Notes: generated by a model not told the origin, from the sequence alone. DNA of 64,000 bases from Setoptus koraiensis (GCA_048013815.1 CM106586.1:1054001-1118000); one strand, 5' to 3'. Counted from the first letter of the stretch, positions 10,695 to 23,627 are shown. Translations and numbers: made by a program.

Positions 10695-11559
10695 ACAGGG
10701 ATAAAAGAACGAGAAACGAGACCATTTGAACTTGCTACAACAATATTGAACATATCCAAAACTAACCAAACAGCATTCGAACACAATCAGTCTGTAGTTA
10801 TTCGTCATCTGCAAGTAGATTATGCCTTTGTAGAAGTGCTTTTCAAAATTGACAGAGATTGCATTCATCGAGGTAGTTACAATTTCGAACAGAGATTCAC
10901 AGAGAGATTTGACTGTGACCAATGAATTGACATTATCCATCCCATAAAGAGACGAGGGATTCTTCCTTGTTTTTATCTTGCTCTTATATAACTTTCTACT
11001 GATTATTAGGCCTTAATGGAAGGTTCACACCCTTTTAGTGACACAGACAAACACACAGGTGAAGTTTAATCTAGATACACCAGTGACAACCAGTACGACG
11101 TTAGTCTTTACGAAGTTTTCATTGACAGAAAGAGGAGAATTAGATCGTTAACACATTGCCTGATTATGTGGTGAAAGGGCTTATGGAACACTAATAAATA
11201 AAAACAGACACAGCTTGCATACAATCTCTTTGTTTTTTTATTTGTAATCAATTTTACCAATATTGTTGTTGTTGATGATGTTTTTGATGCATTGGTTGTT
11301 TCAGTGATTTAAAATTATAATTATTATCATCGTGAATAGTCCCGTCCTCTCGCCCCTTAACTTTTCGTGATTTGACATTGTTGCACTGTTGTTGGTGTGG
11401 TATTTGTTGGAAATAGTTGATAATGCGACTAATACAATGCGATAATTTCATATGTAATATGTATGACCCATCCATGGTTGAATTATTGACATGATGATGA
11501 TGATAATTTCTTGATAAATAGTATCCTTTGTTTGTTCCGCTTTCCTCAAATTATCTCAA

Positions 11560-11690
<131 letters not shown>

Positions 11691-12242
11691 CCCCTCTGAC
11701 AAACTTTTTAAGTAGCCTCACATACTACTATTACTACCATTAATTCTAACAAAGGAATCTCTAGTCATTAAAACGTAGCTTTTCACGACAAATCCGTTGC
11801 TGTTTGCAACATAAAAATCTTATAAATAATGATGAGCTATAAGACTAAAAATCATTTTAAAACATAAATGTTATCAGTTTTTGATGAGATCGCCCAACAT
11901 TTCAAGATTAAACATTACATTATGATGAACAATCAACAGAGAATAGAGCTTGGTTGTGTGAATATGTGTCCAGCTAGTTGCTGCAATTGTTAATCCTTGT
12001 TTTGCGATGAATACTCACATAATAACGATTCTTTGTAGGTATGCATTTCAATCGGCCAGTAATCGCACGTCGTTTACTCTGATTCATGATTCTTCCATCA
12101 GCTGCTAGTTTTCTCTGCTCATTAGCCTCATTATGCTCAGACGAACAACATCGTGAGTAGCTCAAGGTTAGAATTAATGATGGTGATGATAGTATTGTGT
12201 CGGGATCATTAGTTACGCTTGCTGGTGGTGCGAGAAACTCAA

Positions 12243-12974
12243 TTAATGGCACAAAATGAGGCCAGCAAAGCCTGAGTAGTTGCAATTGTTTAAGTTGTTA
12301 TTGCTGCTGCTATCTCGAGTTTCGGTGTCCATGAATCCAGCCTCATCGACGCGGTTGTTGTCAACCGGAAAAACATTTTGGGAACTCGCTGGCGCTGATG
12401 ATCTTTTGTTACTGTCACCAATTTGTTGTCTCATGGTCCTGTAGGCATTCTCTAGACGTTCCAAGTCAGCTAGAGCGATTTCCATCGGCGCCATGGGTTC
12501 CAGAACGGCACTGCCACGAAATTGACGATTCACACTCATCAAATTCACCGGTTTGCCAGTGACACCTAAACATCAGTGGTCATTAGAGTTAACACAAACT
12601 ATCAGAGACTGTAAGAGAGTATCGAATTATGATTGGTTTGAATTTTGAATTAAACTCACTCGTTTTGGAAGCCTCATCATGATAGGGCTCCAAGGGGAAG
12701 TCATTGCTTGATCTTCTGCCGTAGCGTCCATTCGGAATGAACTTTTGAACTACAGATAGGAATCCGATATCAGACAAAACAAATCAATTGCAAAATAATT
12801 AGCGCAACATTCATTTAGTTGTCACAGCATGGATGGTAAGTCAAAAAGTGCCCAGTTTACTCTCGCTCGTCCTTTACCAACTGATTATTATAAGGTTTTT
12901 TTAAGAAAAATTTTCATTGGCTATACCTAAAGCAACATAAGATACAAAAGTGGTGCTTCGAGCCTCGAAGTTTG

Positions 12975-13021
<47 letters not shown>

Positions 13022-14227
13022 CGTAATTATGTGCAGTTCGTGTTATGGTTATCAACAATAACTATGATGCTCATTAGAGCCCCCCCCCCCCCAAATGATA
13101 TCAAGTGATTGTGAATATTTTAGTGATTCTGTCCATCCTGTGATGCTCTCGTGTGTGATCGCATAGTATAAGTCTCATAATCTCTGCTCTATGCTATCAT
13201 CTCTGGGTGCTACATATATTATGCGATAATTAATAGTTCATTAGTTGCCGCCATTAGGCGTTGGCGGTGTTTGTGTTTGATCAGTGTGACCATTTATGGT
13301 TTGGTGACATAAATGGTCTGGTGTTAGTGCGATATAACTAATTAATAGAAACGACATGTATATGTGTGATGCTAAACAAAGGATATTTTTAAAATATATT
13401 CATGTGTGCTTGTGTGCATATGCATGTGCTTGAATATGGGCCAAAAAATCAATTATACCTGATGTTGAATCCTTGTCCTCGTTGCCGGGCAATAGCAGAA
13501 CCATTGAGTCTGAATCCAGATAGATCTCTCTCAGAAGATGCGACGCATCTAAGCCCTTGCCATTCTTATCTACACCATTACGCTTTGTATTGGTGATGGT
13601 GGCAGCAGTAGCAGTTGTCCTCATAGGTTCTCTTTCACTGTTTGTTCGCTTATTTTGATTATTACTGTTATAGTTTATCATTGTTGCCTCCAGGCAAATA
13701 ATTCCATTGTTGAGTTGACACTCTAACAATTTATGGTGCTCTGCTGGTCGTCGTTGTTGCTCTAGTTTAATTTGATTTGTCAATTCATCGAGAGCCAACG
13801 TCATTAATGGCGCTTGCCAAAGATGCCGCTGCTGCTTGTTGAACACTATTGTTGATGATGAAATAATCTTGTCAAAGATGAAATTAGCAACTTAGCAACT
13901 TTTATTATATAACACTAATACAACTACATAAACAACAGACTCAAAGATCAACATTCAAATGATTATCACACACCGACATCCAGGCAAACACAAAGCCACA
14001 CACACACACATACACACACTGACAATATTCTTTGGTTGACATTGTGAGTTCATCCATACAAATGAATGTTGCTTCAGTTAGCTGGCTAATTAACTAATTA
14101 GTTTAGTAAACTACTTACCGCTAGAGCCAGGATCACATTCAATGTAGGCGACCATTACGCTAGCCAATAGAATCAATAGAAATACTGCACAATCGTTTGA
14201 TAAATCTCTCTTAGTTGTTTTAAACAT
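12243..14227 (-). CDS. RYa: RYamide/luqin-type neuropeptide precursor, 3 exons (14227-14119, 12749-12660, 12565-12243), 173 aa
   Basis: GT-AG junctions close in frame (109+90+323=522 nt). The product is a signal peptide (MFKTTKRDLSNDCAVFLLILLASVMVAYIEC), then DPGSSVQKFIPNGRY-GRR (amidation Gly plus dibasic site), then a C-terminal CNYSGFAGLILC. The last matches the two-Cys CxYTGxxxLxxC motif of RYamide/luqin precursors. Confidence 0.85.
12977..13014. repeat. (GT)19 microsatellite in RYamide intron 1
   Basis: Directly visible. Confidence 0.95.
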
Positions 14228-14907
14228 TCTTATCTGCTGATTTCGCGGTATTGTCTTGGTCTGATTCGCTTTTGACTGGTAACTACTCCTCGTCGGTGCT
14301 GCACATTTACGCGATTTGCAAATCAAACCACCTCGTGTTGAGTTTGCAATGTTAATTGTTGTTGGTGTTCTTCCACTTATAGGCGACATTTTGCTGTTGA
14401 TACTCTCTGATCTATCTGATAGAATGAAATCATGCATAGGTAAGTCTACTATTATACGCATGCAAATAACAAGTGAACGCTATAGACTGCTGAATGAACA
14501 GACACTTGAGAACCTCCGGCTAGACTTTATTGAACTTGTCAAAAACATCAAAAAACCTATGCACTAGCGCACCTGCGCATAACGAACATACATGGAAGAC
14601 TAAAACTATTGGGTTGTTAAACTTCAACTAGATAGGTGAGTAACCGTGGCGGTTACATGAATACCTATACCTTCTTCTTCTTGCTACTTCTACCCTTCTC
14701 AAATTAAAGTTAGTAGTGATCTAATTGGATTGAGTTTGGACATATGGAACACAACAACCCACCTACAATTTATTGTAACTTGCACTTCTAGCAATAATAA
14801 TATTCAATTGATGCTGGTACCGTTATGCCTCTGATCATATGTTACCTAATCTAATTAATTTTCTGATATAACATGCGGGTAATCAGATTCGAATAAAATG
14901 AGAGTGG

Positions 14908-15178
14908 CTACGCTCGTCTCTGAGTGAATTCGGGTGAAGAAAAAGTGACATTGTTTGTCGGAAATGCGGATTGAGATGCCACCGAGCCGAAACTGAGTGT
15001 TTGAAAGGATGCTCCACCAAACGTCTGCTTAGGGATAGCTACTCCTGGTCCAGTTGGCAAGATAGAGTGAAAAGTGGATGATCCAAAACTGGGCTGAAAG
15101 GCCAGTGGAGGCGAATGAAGTTGCTGTTGGAGTCTCTGTTGTTGTTGTTGTTGTTGTTGCTGTTGCTGTTGCTGTTGC

Positions 15179-15275
<97 letters not shown>

Positions 15276-18183
15276 GCAGCCTCTGTTGTTGTTGTTGTTG
15301 ATGATGCTGTTGTTGATTTTGCTGCGGTTGCAAAGGCTGTTGCAGCTGTTGTAACTGGTGCTGCTGTTGCAGTTGGGGTTGCTGTTGGGGTTGCAGTTGG
15401 GGTTGCAGTTGGGGTTGCAGTTGGGGCTGCTGTTGGATTTGCTGTTGGGTTTGCTGTTGGGTTTGCTGTTGAGGCTGCTGTTGGGGCTGCTGTTGGGGTT
15501 GCTGCTGGGGCTGCTGTTGATGCTGCAGTTGTTGTTGTAATTGATGTTGTTGTTGCTGCTGTTGTTGCTGCTGCTGTTGCTGTTGTTGCAGCTGTTGTTG
15601 TTGTTGTTGCTGTTGTTGCAGCCTCTGTTGTTGTTCCTGTTGTTCTTGCTGCTGTTTCTGCTGTTGTTGCAGCCTCTGTTGTTCTTGCTGTTGTTTCTGC
15701 TGTTGTTGTAGTTGTTGCTGTAGCCTCTGTTGTTGTTCCTGTTGTTGTTGTAGCCTCTGTTGTTGCTCCTTTTGTTGTTTCTGCTGTTGCTGTAGTTGTT
15801 GCTGTTGTTGTTGTTGCAGCCTCTGTTGTTGCTGTTGCTGCTGTTGTTGTAGTTGTTGCTGTAGCCTCTGTTGTTGCTCCAGTTGTTGCTGTTGCTGTAG
15901 CCGCTGTTGTTGTTCCTGTTCTAGCTGTTGAAGCCTCTGTTGTTGTTGCTGAAGTTGCTGTTGCATGTTATGATGTTGTTGCTTGAAGCTCTTTTGAGAG
16001 ACCTGATGCTTGCGAGTAGGTGGAAAAGACCCACGATTTTCTAGATATTCGCGCAGAGCTGCTGTTGTCTTATGATCATAGTTGCATGAACTGACGGCAA
16101 CCATGCTCTGGTATTCGTTGGGGGTCTGCTCTGATTTTACATTTGCATTGGATAAGATTTGTTTTAAAACAGTAATGACTTTCCCATTCTTTCCCAACAT
16201 CCTGTAAATGAGTTGCAAGGTATTCAGCTCCCTAGTTTGAGGTTTAACTCTAATTCTTCGGTTGAAGACCTCCCATTCTTGATCAACTTTTAACTCTATG
16301 TTCTTAAGACTTTCTTGCAGTTGATCACAGTTTACTCGGATTTTTTCCGCTTTTCTCATAGTTATGGGATCAAGCGGTCTCTTTTTGATTATATAATTAT
16401 GACGTGGATCCTCCTCTTGCTTCAGTCGTTGACGGATAGTCTCTATGTAATAGAAATTTTCAATCAAGCCTTCGTTCAAAGTTTTGATATCTGTCTCAGT
16501 AGCCTCCAACACCTGACAGTGGGTTTTGTAAATCTCCAGAACCTCTTCGGACTTCGAGCGCACGGCATTTATGACGGCATCAAAATCGTAGTCAATTTTA
16601 TTCTTTACACACAGTGTTTTCAAATCTTGAATATCTTTATCCAGCGATCTCACTAAATCGTTTATATAACTTGCTGACGCCATCTGAGGAGAATTTGGTG
16701 TATGGGACTGGAGGGTAGCTGGTGGGGACTGGAGGGTTGCTGATGGGGACTGGAGGGTTGCTGATGGGGACTGGAGGGTTGCTGATGGGGACTGGAGGGT
16801 TGCTGATGGGAACTGGAGGGTAGCTGATGGGGACTGAAAGTTAGCTGGCGAAGATTGTAGAGTGGCCGGAGAGCATGGTAGTGCAACTGGTGAATAAGGT
16901 AATGTGTTGATAAGAGGAGGTATGTTAACAGGACAGCTTTGTTTGGGGAGCAATTCCGGTAGTGTGAGGATATTATCTGCGTGAACGGCGTAGTATGGAC
17001 ACAAAACTCCGTCACTTGTGAGTGTAAATACTATGGGAGAGTTGGGTCCTCCGATAGTCTGAATATCAGATACTTGAAATGTCTGTTGAACTCCATAGGC
17101 TAGAGAAATTCCTCGCATATATGTCTCACTACTATCGGAATCTCTAAAAGGTAACTCAATTCGTCCGCTCTCATCGACTGTCAACGCTCGCCAATCAGAT
17201 GGATCGGCGGCACTAGGGTTATTATCGTCACGACCCACGAATGCTGCCTCTGATCCGCTAGTTGAACCACATACAACGAGACTGCTTAGATTGAGTAGAT
17301 AAACATTATAACCAGAGTCGATAGATGCCTCCGGAAAGAGACTTTTCCACGAGCAATAAGACTTAGTGGGCTTCGGGGTAAATATGGAATATGTGGTGTC
17401 TCTATCGTTGGGATTATTAGGTTTAGAATGGACAGACATTAATATGGTTTTGGATATCCATCTGAGTTTAATAACGCTATACTGCTTAAAGTCCGTGAAC
17501 AAGGTGCTTTTATCCACTTGTTTGAATTTAAATTCCTCCTTAGTCATTGTCGGCTCCAATCTAAGTACTTTTCCATCTTGCGTGCCCAAGGCTAGTTGTT
17601 TTCCCTTGGGCGACCAACAACATGTTGTAACACCATATTGTGCACATTCGTGAACGAAACTGGCCTGAGTTAGGTTATCACTAATAGCCACAATTAACAG
17701 TTTACCATCACTAGTACATAGAGCAACTATGGAATCGAAACAAGTCGGATGCCATGCAACGTCAACAATTGTGGCGTTGTTGGACGCTGGTAGATTCAGT
17801 GAGGCAATGGGTGTTTGATTGTCAATTCTAGTAATATCAAATAGTTGGATAACTGGAGCGTTGTTTTGTCCTTGTTGGCCCGAACATAGTAACAAATCAC
17901 CGTAGCCATAATTGCTAACACTTATATAGGATGGCTTGTAGGCCAGCTGTAAGGACAGTCTACAGTTTGTTAATAAGACAGTTTCGTTAATAACGTTTTT
18001 TGACCAGACATAATTAAACAATGCATCCAAATCAAAACATTTGATTGTGTCTTTACATCCAACAAATATTAGTCTGTATTTGCTAGATATCGCTAATAAT
18101 TCGCCGGTCGACCCATCTACAAAATCGTGAATTTTGTATTTTTTGAGCTCCCAAAATTTCAGTTTAACAGATTCGGCGTCCAT
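14908..18183 (-). CDS. Nup214: Nucleoporin Nup214/CAN (beta-propeller + coiled coil + Q-rich tail), intronless, 1091 aa
   Basis: N-terminal FWELKKYKIHD..LLAISSKYRLIFVG, CCWSPKGKQLALG and LTSDGVLCPYY fit the Nup214 propeller; EDPRH..IKKRPLDP fits the coiled-coil segment. Three FG motifs at the extreme C-terminus. Confidence 0.85.
15136..15985 (-). repeat. Coding CAA/CAG-rich repeat domain (poly-Q) in Nup214
   Basis: 47 consecutive Gln codons at 15136-15276, preceded in the protein by QQPQ/QLQP units and multiple QQRLQQ units. Confidence 0.95.
16704..16870 (-). repeat. 21-bp coding tandem repeat (~8 copies) encoding (SATLQSP)n in Nup214
   Basis: GGGACTGGAGGGTTGCTGATG repeated head-to-tail on the plus strand. 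Confidence 0.9.
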
Positions 18184-18908
18184 GGCTGATAGGAATAATT
18201 ATAACATAAATGTATTCTAGTACTAATAATGATAACAGAGGTGTATAAATATGTAAATTAGCTGAATGGCATTGAATGATAGTTTAGTCATCGGTATGAT
18301 GTTCTCTCGATGACCACGCGTTGAGCTATAGAGAAAAAATCCGCGCGATGTTCGCATGTGAGGGCGGGTGCGTGAAAACGTGAGTTCAAAAGGAATGAAT
18401 GCAGTTCGCAAACTCTACTGAAGAGGTCGCATTCTCGTACTCACACAGCATAACAAGTGTGCTCATTTCTTACCATTCAAGTCCCTCGCGAGAAAATGAG
18501 CGTGACACGCAGCAGACTATGCGGCGCAAAGTGACCATGTTAGTTGTAATTTTCATCCGTTGCTCAAACTAGTGCGCTAAAAGCATATGGTTAGGCATGC
18601 GCGGGTACGCGCTATTTATTAGTTCTTGTTAGACTGCTTTGAAATCTGCTAATAAAAACTTCAGCTAGAGGCGCTCGCTACGCCCAATGATGCACAACAG
18701 AGTATTGAATGTTTATATTCTGGTTTCCCTTTCACAATTTCGTTCAATCGCGGGCACTACATCACACAAGGTGTGTGGTTTTTGGCGTTAGATTGTTGTT
18801 AATTCTGAAGACCAATAAGCCGGTGACAATAACTACTGGGTGATTCAAGACCTCTTTTATTTTTGCTACTTTTTTTTTGTTCGGATAAATCTAAGACACT
18901 TCGAGACC

Positions 18909-19226
18909 ATGTCAAGCGTATCAGGGTCAATCATAGACAATGCCAAAGGAGATCAGGACTACCTTCTTATTAGATTGCCTCAAGATATGGTGAAAAATAG
19001 AACTCAAGATAAGATAGGTTCGTTATTTATCTACGATAATGGAGAAATGAAGATTGTGGAAGCGAATACAGGCAAGGAATACATTTCGCAAGTATCTTCA
19101 TGCGAACAATCTGATTTATTGAAAATGTCACTTGCTGAACAAAAAGCCATTCACCTGGGAAAGATTAATACTGCAACTTTGGTAGCAGTACCCAAGGTCG
19201 ACGACGTAAATGTCTCGCATCACTGA
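18909..19226 (+). CDS. Small 105-aa protein resembling the RNA polymerase III RPC4/C53 C-terminal dimerisation domain
   Basis: YLLIRLP...[15 protein letters not shown]...[17 protein letters not shown] follows the motif order of the RPC4 C-terminal domain (xQLP, GKLxxxKSGKVxL, LGxVxxxLVxxP). Recognition by eye only. Confidence 0.5.
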   Translation: MSSVSGSIIDNAKGDQDYLLIRLPQDMVKNRTQDKIGSLFIYDNGEMKIVEANTGKEYISQVSSCEQSDLLKMSLAEQKAIHLGKINTATLVAVPKVDDVNVSHH

Positions 19227-21209
19227 CACTAATACGACGTGATTGTTTTAAGGCTCTTGTAGCGAAGAAATAAATACATTGGTTTGGTACATCACACCTG
19301 TAGGGCCTATGTGAGGCTAAATGGGCGGTAAGACGCTCTTGGCGATTAAAAACTTTATTACATTCTCGGCAAGGATGCAATAAAGTTTGACCATCGATGC
19401 TAGGCGCTAAGTCACTTTGCCTTGATGCATTTACCATCGAGAGTGTATCGACAGAGACGTTTCCAGATGAGGAACTGGTATCTATAACATCGGCAGGTGC
19501 TGGCTTGTTAACCAATATTGCAGGTTTATTATCGTTTACGACCTCTTTGATATCAATAAATTTTAGACCACCATACTTTTTCCAATATATCCAACAATCA
19601 TTACAAATGCGACACTGTGTGTGGGCGGATCCCCAAGAATGCCATTGTGACGATTTAGTCTGACTGCAACTTTCACAGGGCCGACCATAAGATGAAAGGG
19701 CATGTCCATCTTGACCATTGATAGTGTTGTGTTTCATAGAGTTGGGGATATAAACCTGTTTAACTTTGTTCTCTGCTTCGAAGGCTTTCATTTTCTTTTG
19801 CTGAACTGACCTATCAGTAGTCTTCCACATATAATAATATTCTATAATATTTTTTATGCTTTTCCAAGGCAACTGTAACATTATGAAAGATAGGAAAGAT
19901 AGAATGGTTAGTGGGCAATTCAATTAAGTGCTCTTTGGTAGGCAAAATTTGTTATATTATAAGTAAGAATGTAAAACTCGCAATGTCTCACACGATAATG
20001 ATGTTGATCGGCGAGCATGGAAGGAGTTTTAAATTAATTTACCTCATGCTTGTCAGAAAAGAATCAATTGATATGATAAGTTTCAAAAGAAATGAGAAAC
20101 ATAAATTAAATAGTTTGAATACTTACGAAATCTTGACGGATATCTCCAAATTCGCGACCATATTTTTCTATTGCCTCTTCAAACAAGCTTGCCTCTGCGG
20201 CGGACCATTCTTCAATTTCGTCCCTACAAAGAATTGGACCTGTGGATGGTACTAAGGCACAAACAGCCTTAGCTAGATCATAGTTGTTTTCGTGCAATAA
20301 TGACATAGCATAAAGTAATGTGACATCCCTTGAGGCGGATGCAGCAGTTAAATGCAGGCTCGGTTGCTTGATAGAGCTATTACAATCCAAAGCTCTAGCG
20401 AAAGTTCCAACAGACTTGGCAATGGTCAAGAATTTGTTTATCTGTTCGTCACTTAAATCATTATAGGGAGTATAGATCATAGTCTCTAAGGCTTCTGAAT
20501 CTCTGGTATCTTGAGGGTCACCTCCTGGTCCGGGTGTGTAGATAGATTTAGATTGGACCTCTGCTTGATATCTTGATCCAATTCTTATTTCGCCCCTATC
20601 AGCCAATAAAGTCTTTTGTTGAGGATCATACACTAATGTATAGAAAAAATGGTCCTCTTTACTAATATAAGTGGACAAGGATTCGCTTTCATTCAATAAA
20701 TGTATGGAACATTTTCCTCTGATGGACGAGGCAGGTAAGGTGCCAATTTGTCTAGAATAAAACAGTTGTCTTTGTTTAAGCATGTGCTTGGCCTTTTCAG
20801 ACATTTGCTCTTTTTCACCATATTGCTCTTTGTCCGCTAATGTTAATAAAGAAGGAGCTATATCGCGCCGTCTAAAGAAGCAGACTGTTTTAACCTCGAT
20901 GGCGTCGCCACCATTTTCGGCTTTAGATAATTCTTCTATTCTACCAATCTGATATGATTCAGTAGAGGTGGTTTCAAAATAGACACAATCCCCAATCCTA
21001 TATACATGATGCTTGGCTTGAGCGTTGCCGCTATTGGTGCTGGTGTTGTTGTTATTGTTGTTGTTGGTGCCGCTGTGATTATTATTGGTACTGATGTTGC
21101 TGTTATTAATATTAATATTATTGTTGATATTATTAATATTGTTATTGATGTTGTTAAGATTGTTACTACTAGAGTTGGTGGTTATGGAGGTAATATTATT
21201 AGAATTCAT
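19165..21209 (-). CDS. MTA1: Metastasis-associated protein (NuRD subunit): BAH, ELM2, SANT, GATA-like and C2H2 zinc fingers; 2 exons (21209-20127, 19872-19165), 596 aa
   Basis: [10 protein letters not shown] (BAH), [11 protein letters not shown] (ELM2), [25 protein letters not shown]|[21 protein letters not shown] (SANT joined across a GT-AG intron), [27 protein letters not shown] (GATA), [14 protein letters not shown] (C2H2). Confidence 0.93.
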
Positions 21210-22961
21210 GTTACAATATATTTGTGAGAATGTGTCGGCTATCTATATTTATATACACATACATATATGTGTATGCGTGTGTGGGAAAGAGTTTATGTTT
21301 GTGCCTGTTTATGTGTCTGTGTATAATGTACAATTTTTAAGGTCTAATTGTTCTTGTAAGCCGATCTAACGATTAATTAGCAGATGAGCAGTCGAGGAGG
21401 GGGAGCCAATACTGATATAATAATTATAATTAATTAATTACAATGCGGAGGTGTTTGTTGCAATCAACGATGATCAGTTTCAATCCGTTCCAATCAATTT
21501 GCAGTCGAATAATGGTGGCAATAGCAATGATGGTGATGTTGGTAATAATAATAATGATAATAATAATTAGTAAAGTGTTAAAACGACACCGAGCTAAATT
21601 ACTAAATGGTTGTGTGCCCGTGACTGTCTGTCCGTCTGTTTGTCTCTATGTCCAATTCTGTCCCGTTTTGCATCGTTCAGGTGTAATCTTCATTAGCACA
21701 CACACACACACACTCACAAACACAACACAACCAGTACCATTTAGGCCAGTTGATGATGATGCTGATGACGGTGGTGGTAATGGTGGCGGCAGCGGCAGCG
21801 TCGGCGGCGGTGCTGGTGGTGGCGGTAGTAGCGGCTAGAGAGGCTACGGCTGTGACTGTGGCGGCGACGGTGGCGGCAACGGCAACGAAATGTAGTCTAG
21901 TATAGGCGGTCGCAGCGGCAGTGCAGTACTACTGGCAGTCTGTAGGCAGCGGCGTTAGAGAATATATCGTATCGTGTTGTCGTCGTAGGCTTATATATTC
22001 GTCGTCGACATTTTTTCCATTCGTCTGTCCGTTTGCCTCACTGACTGTCTGGCCTGCGAGCGTGTGTGTGTGTGCGTGTGTGTGTGTGTGTGCGCCTGCG
22101 AGAGTGACTGCCTTCTCCCACTTCGATTTCAGTTCTGTGTGCGACTGTGTGCAGTTCGCCAGCAGTCAGCCTCGGCGGCACGCTAAAACCAACGCTCTTG
22201 TTGTTTGCTTGACTATGCACTGTGTGTGTGTGTGTTGTTGCCAATGCCTCTTCGATCACTTTCTTTATGTTCGCCAGAGGGCGCGCCAGGATGCATACAC
22301 ACCCACAGAGTGTCTCCACAAATGTTTCAACTGTTCGACACTAGGCGGCCTTTTCACTGGCTGCGCTATCGGCAGTTTATCAAAGGGAGTTAACTCGCCG
22401 CGCTCACTCACACAGGGTAAGTCAAACTGCATGCAAAGAATCCAAGTGCGCCGCCCTGGCGGCTGAAAAAGAAGCGACCGATGAGCCAAATGCCAAAGCG
22501 CACTCAGAGCAGCCCATGTAGAGGCTTTGTCTATGTCGCCAGTCGCGAGTGAGTGCCTGTGTGTGTGCGCTACACAAGTTGTGTGACTCACACACACAGC
22601 GCTACACTGTGTGCACTGTAGAATTATACAGATAGAATTGTGTGTGTGCGTGTGTGTCTCGCGAGAAACAGGGGGTAGTAACAGTTTCGAATGGAGAGTC
22701 TCCGTCGGGTAGTGTGAGCAACAGCCAACTGATTTGCTGCCTTCTGCTTGCAGTCAAACCCTGCAGCTCCACTTGACCAAGTCAAACATTTTCTGTTCAT
22801 TTCTGTGCGCCAGTGGCTCGGCGTGCGCGCCTCTGCTTGGCCCGCTGCTGCTAGTGTATGCTACTAGTGCTGTTGCAAGTGCTGCTGCTGTGCCATGCAT
22901 CAGAATGAACATCATTCATACTGATGCTGATTATATTGATCAGGATAATCATCATCACTGC

Positions 22962-22962
<1 letters not shown>

Positions 22963-23018
<56 letters not shown>
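22963..23018. repeat. (AC)28 microsatellite in the MTA1-Striatin divergent intergenic region
   Basis: Directly visible. Confidence 0.95.
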
Positions 23019-23020
<2 letters not shown>

Positions 23021-23627
23021 TTCTATACTATGGGCTAGTAGTGCCTGTCCCCACTAGTCCAGTGCTGCTCCCTGCTCAGCGCCAGGGAAAAGCACACATC
23101 TCTTCCCTCTATGCACGCACAGAGATAGCGCGCTGTTTGAAAAAGTCTTGTGCGTCGAGTACACGGTGTACCGCGCTGCTAGCAGGATACTACTAGTTCA
23201 ATGTCGCTCTCCTTAGCCCTTGCTCTTGTTCATTATCTTAAGCAGCATTACACTAGATATGCGCCAGTAGTGATGTACGGGGTGTACGATATCATTCGCG
23301 TGTGCCTATTGCACAGTGCACAGAAGTGCGCTTTTTTGATGTAATTTTTGGTTTGGTTTAACTTGGCTCATTGTAGTAATAGTGCTATACTAATACTAAG
23401 AATTTGCTGCGGCTGCCATTAAATTCTAGATTTATATTTTATCCTGACGACACACGTATAAAGATGTCGAAAACACAGTGACTTTTACATGTCTCTTTAT
23501 CTGTATTATTTACTGTATTATATTATTATTATCATTTTTCATCTGGCCCATTATTTAGCCTTCGGAACTTCGGCTGTTTTAATCAATTTATACACAGGCA
23601 GTTTGTTGATTAGGAATACCACATATC

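Noticed and set aside
13400-13846. 148-aa minus-strand ORF inside RYamide intron 1
   Set aside because: Non-ATG start, no motif, and its nearest acceptor is not phase-compatible with exon 1. Cannot be fully excluded as an alternative exon.
15078-15986. Poly-Val and poly-Leu plus-strand ORFs
   Set aside because: Antisense shadows of the Nup214 poly-Q codons.
21443-23196. Several 60-180-aa ORFs between MTA1 and Striatin
   Set aside because: Dominated by TG/CA and GGC repeats with no homology signal; more consistent with a divergent promoter and UTRs.
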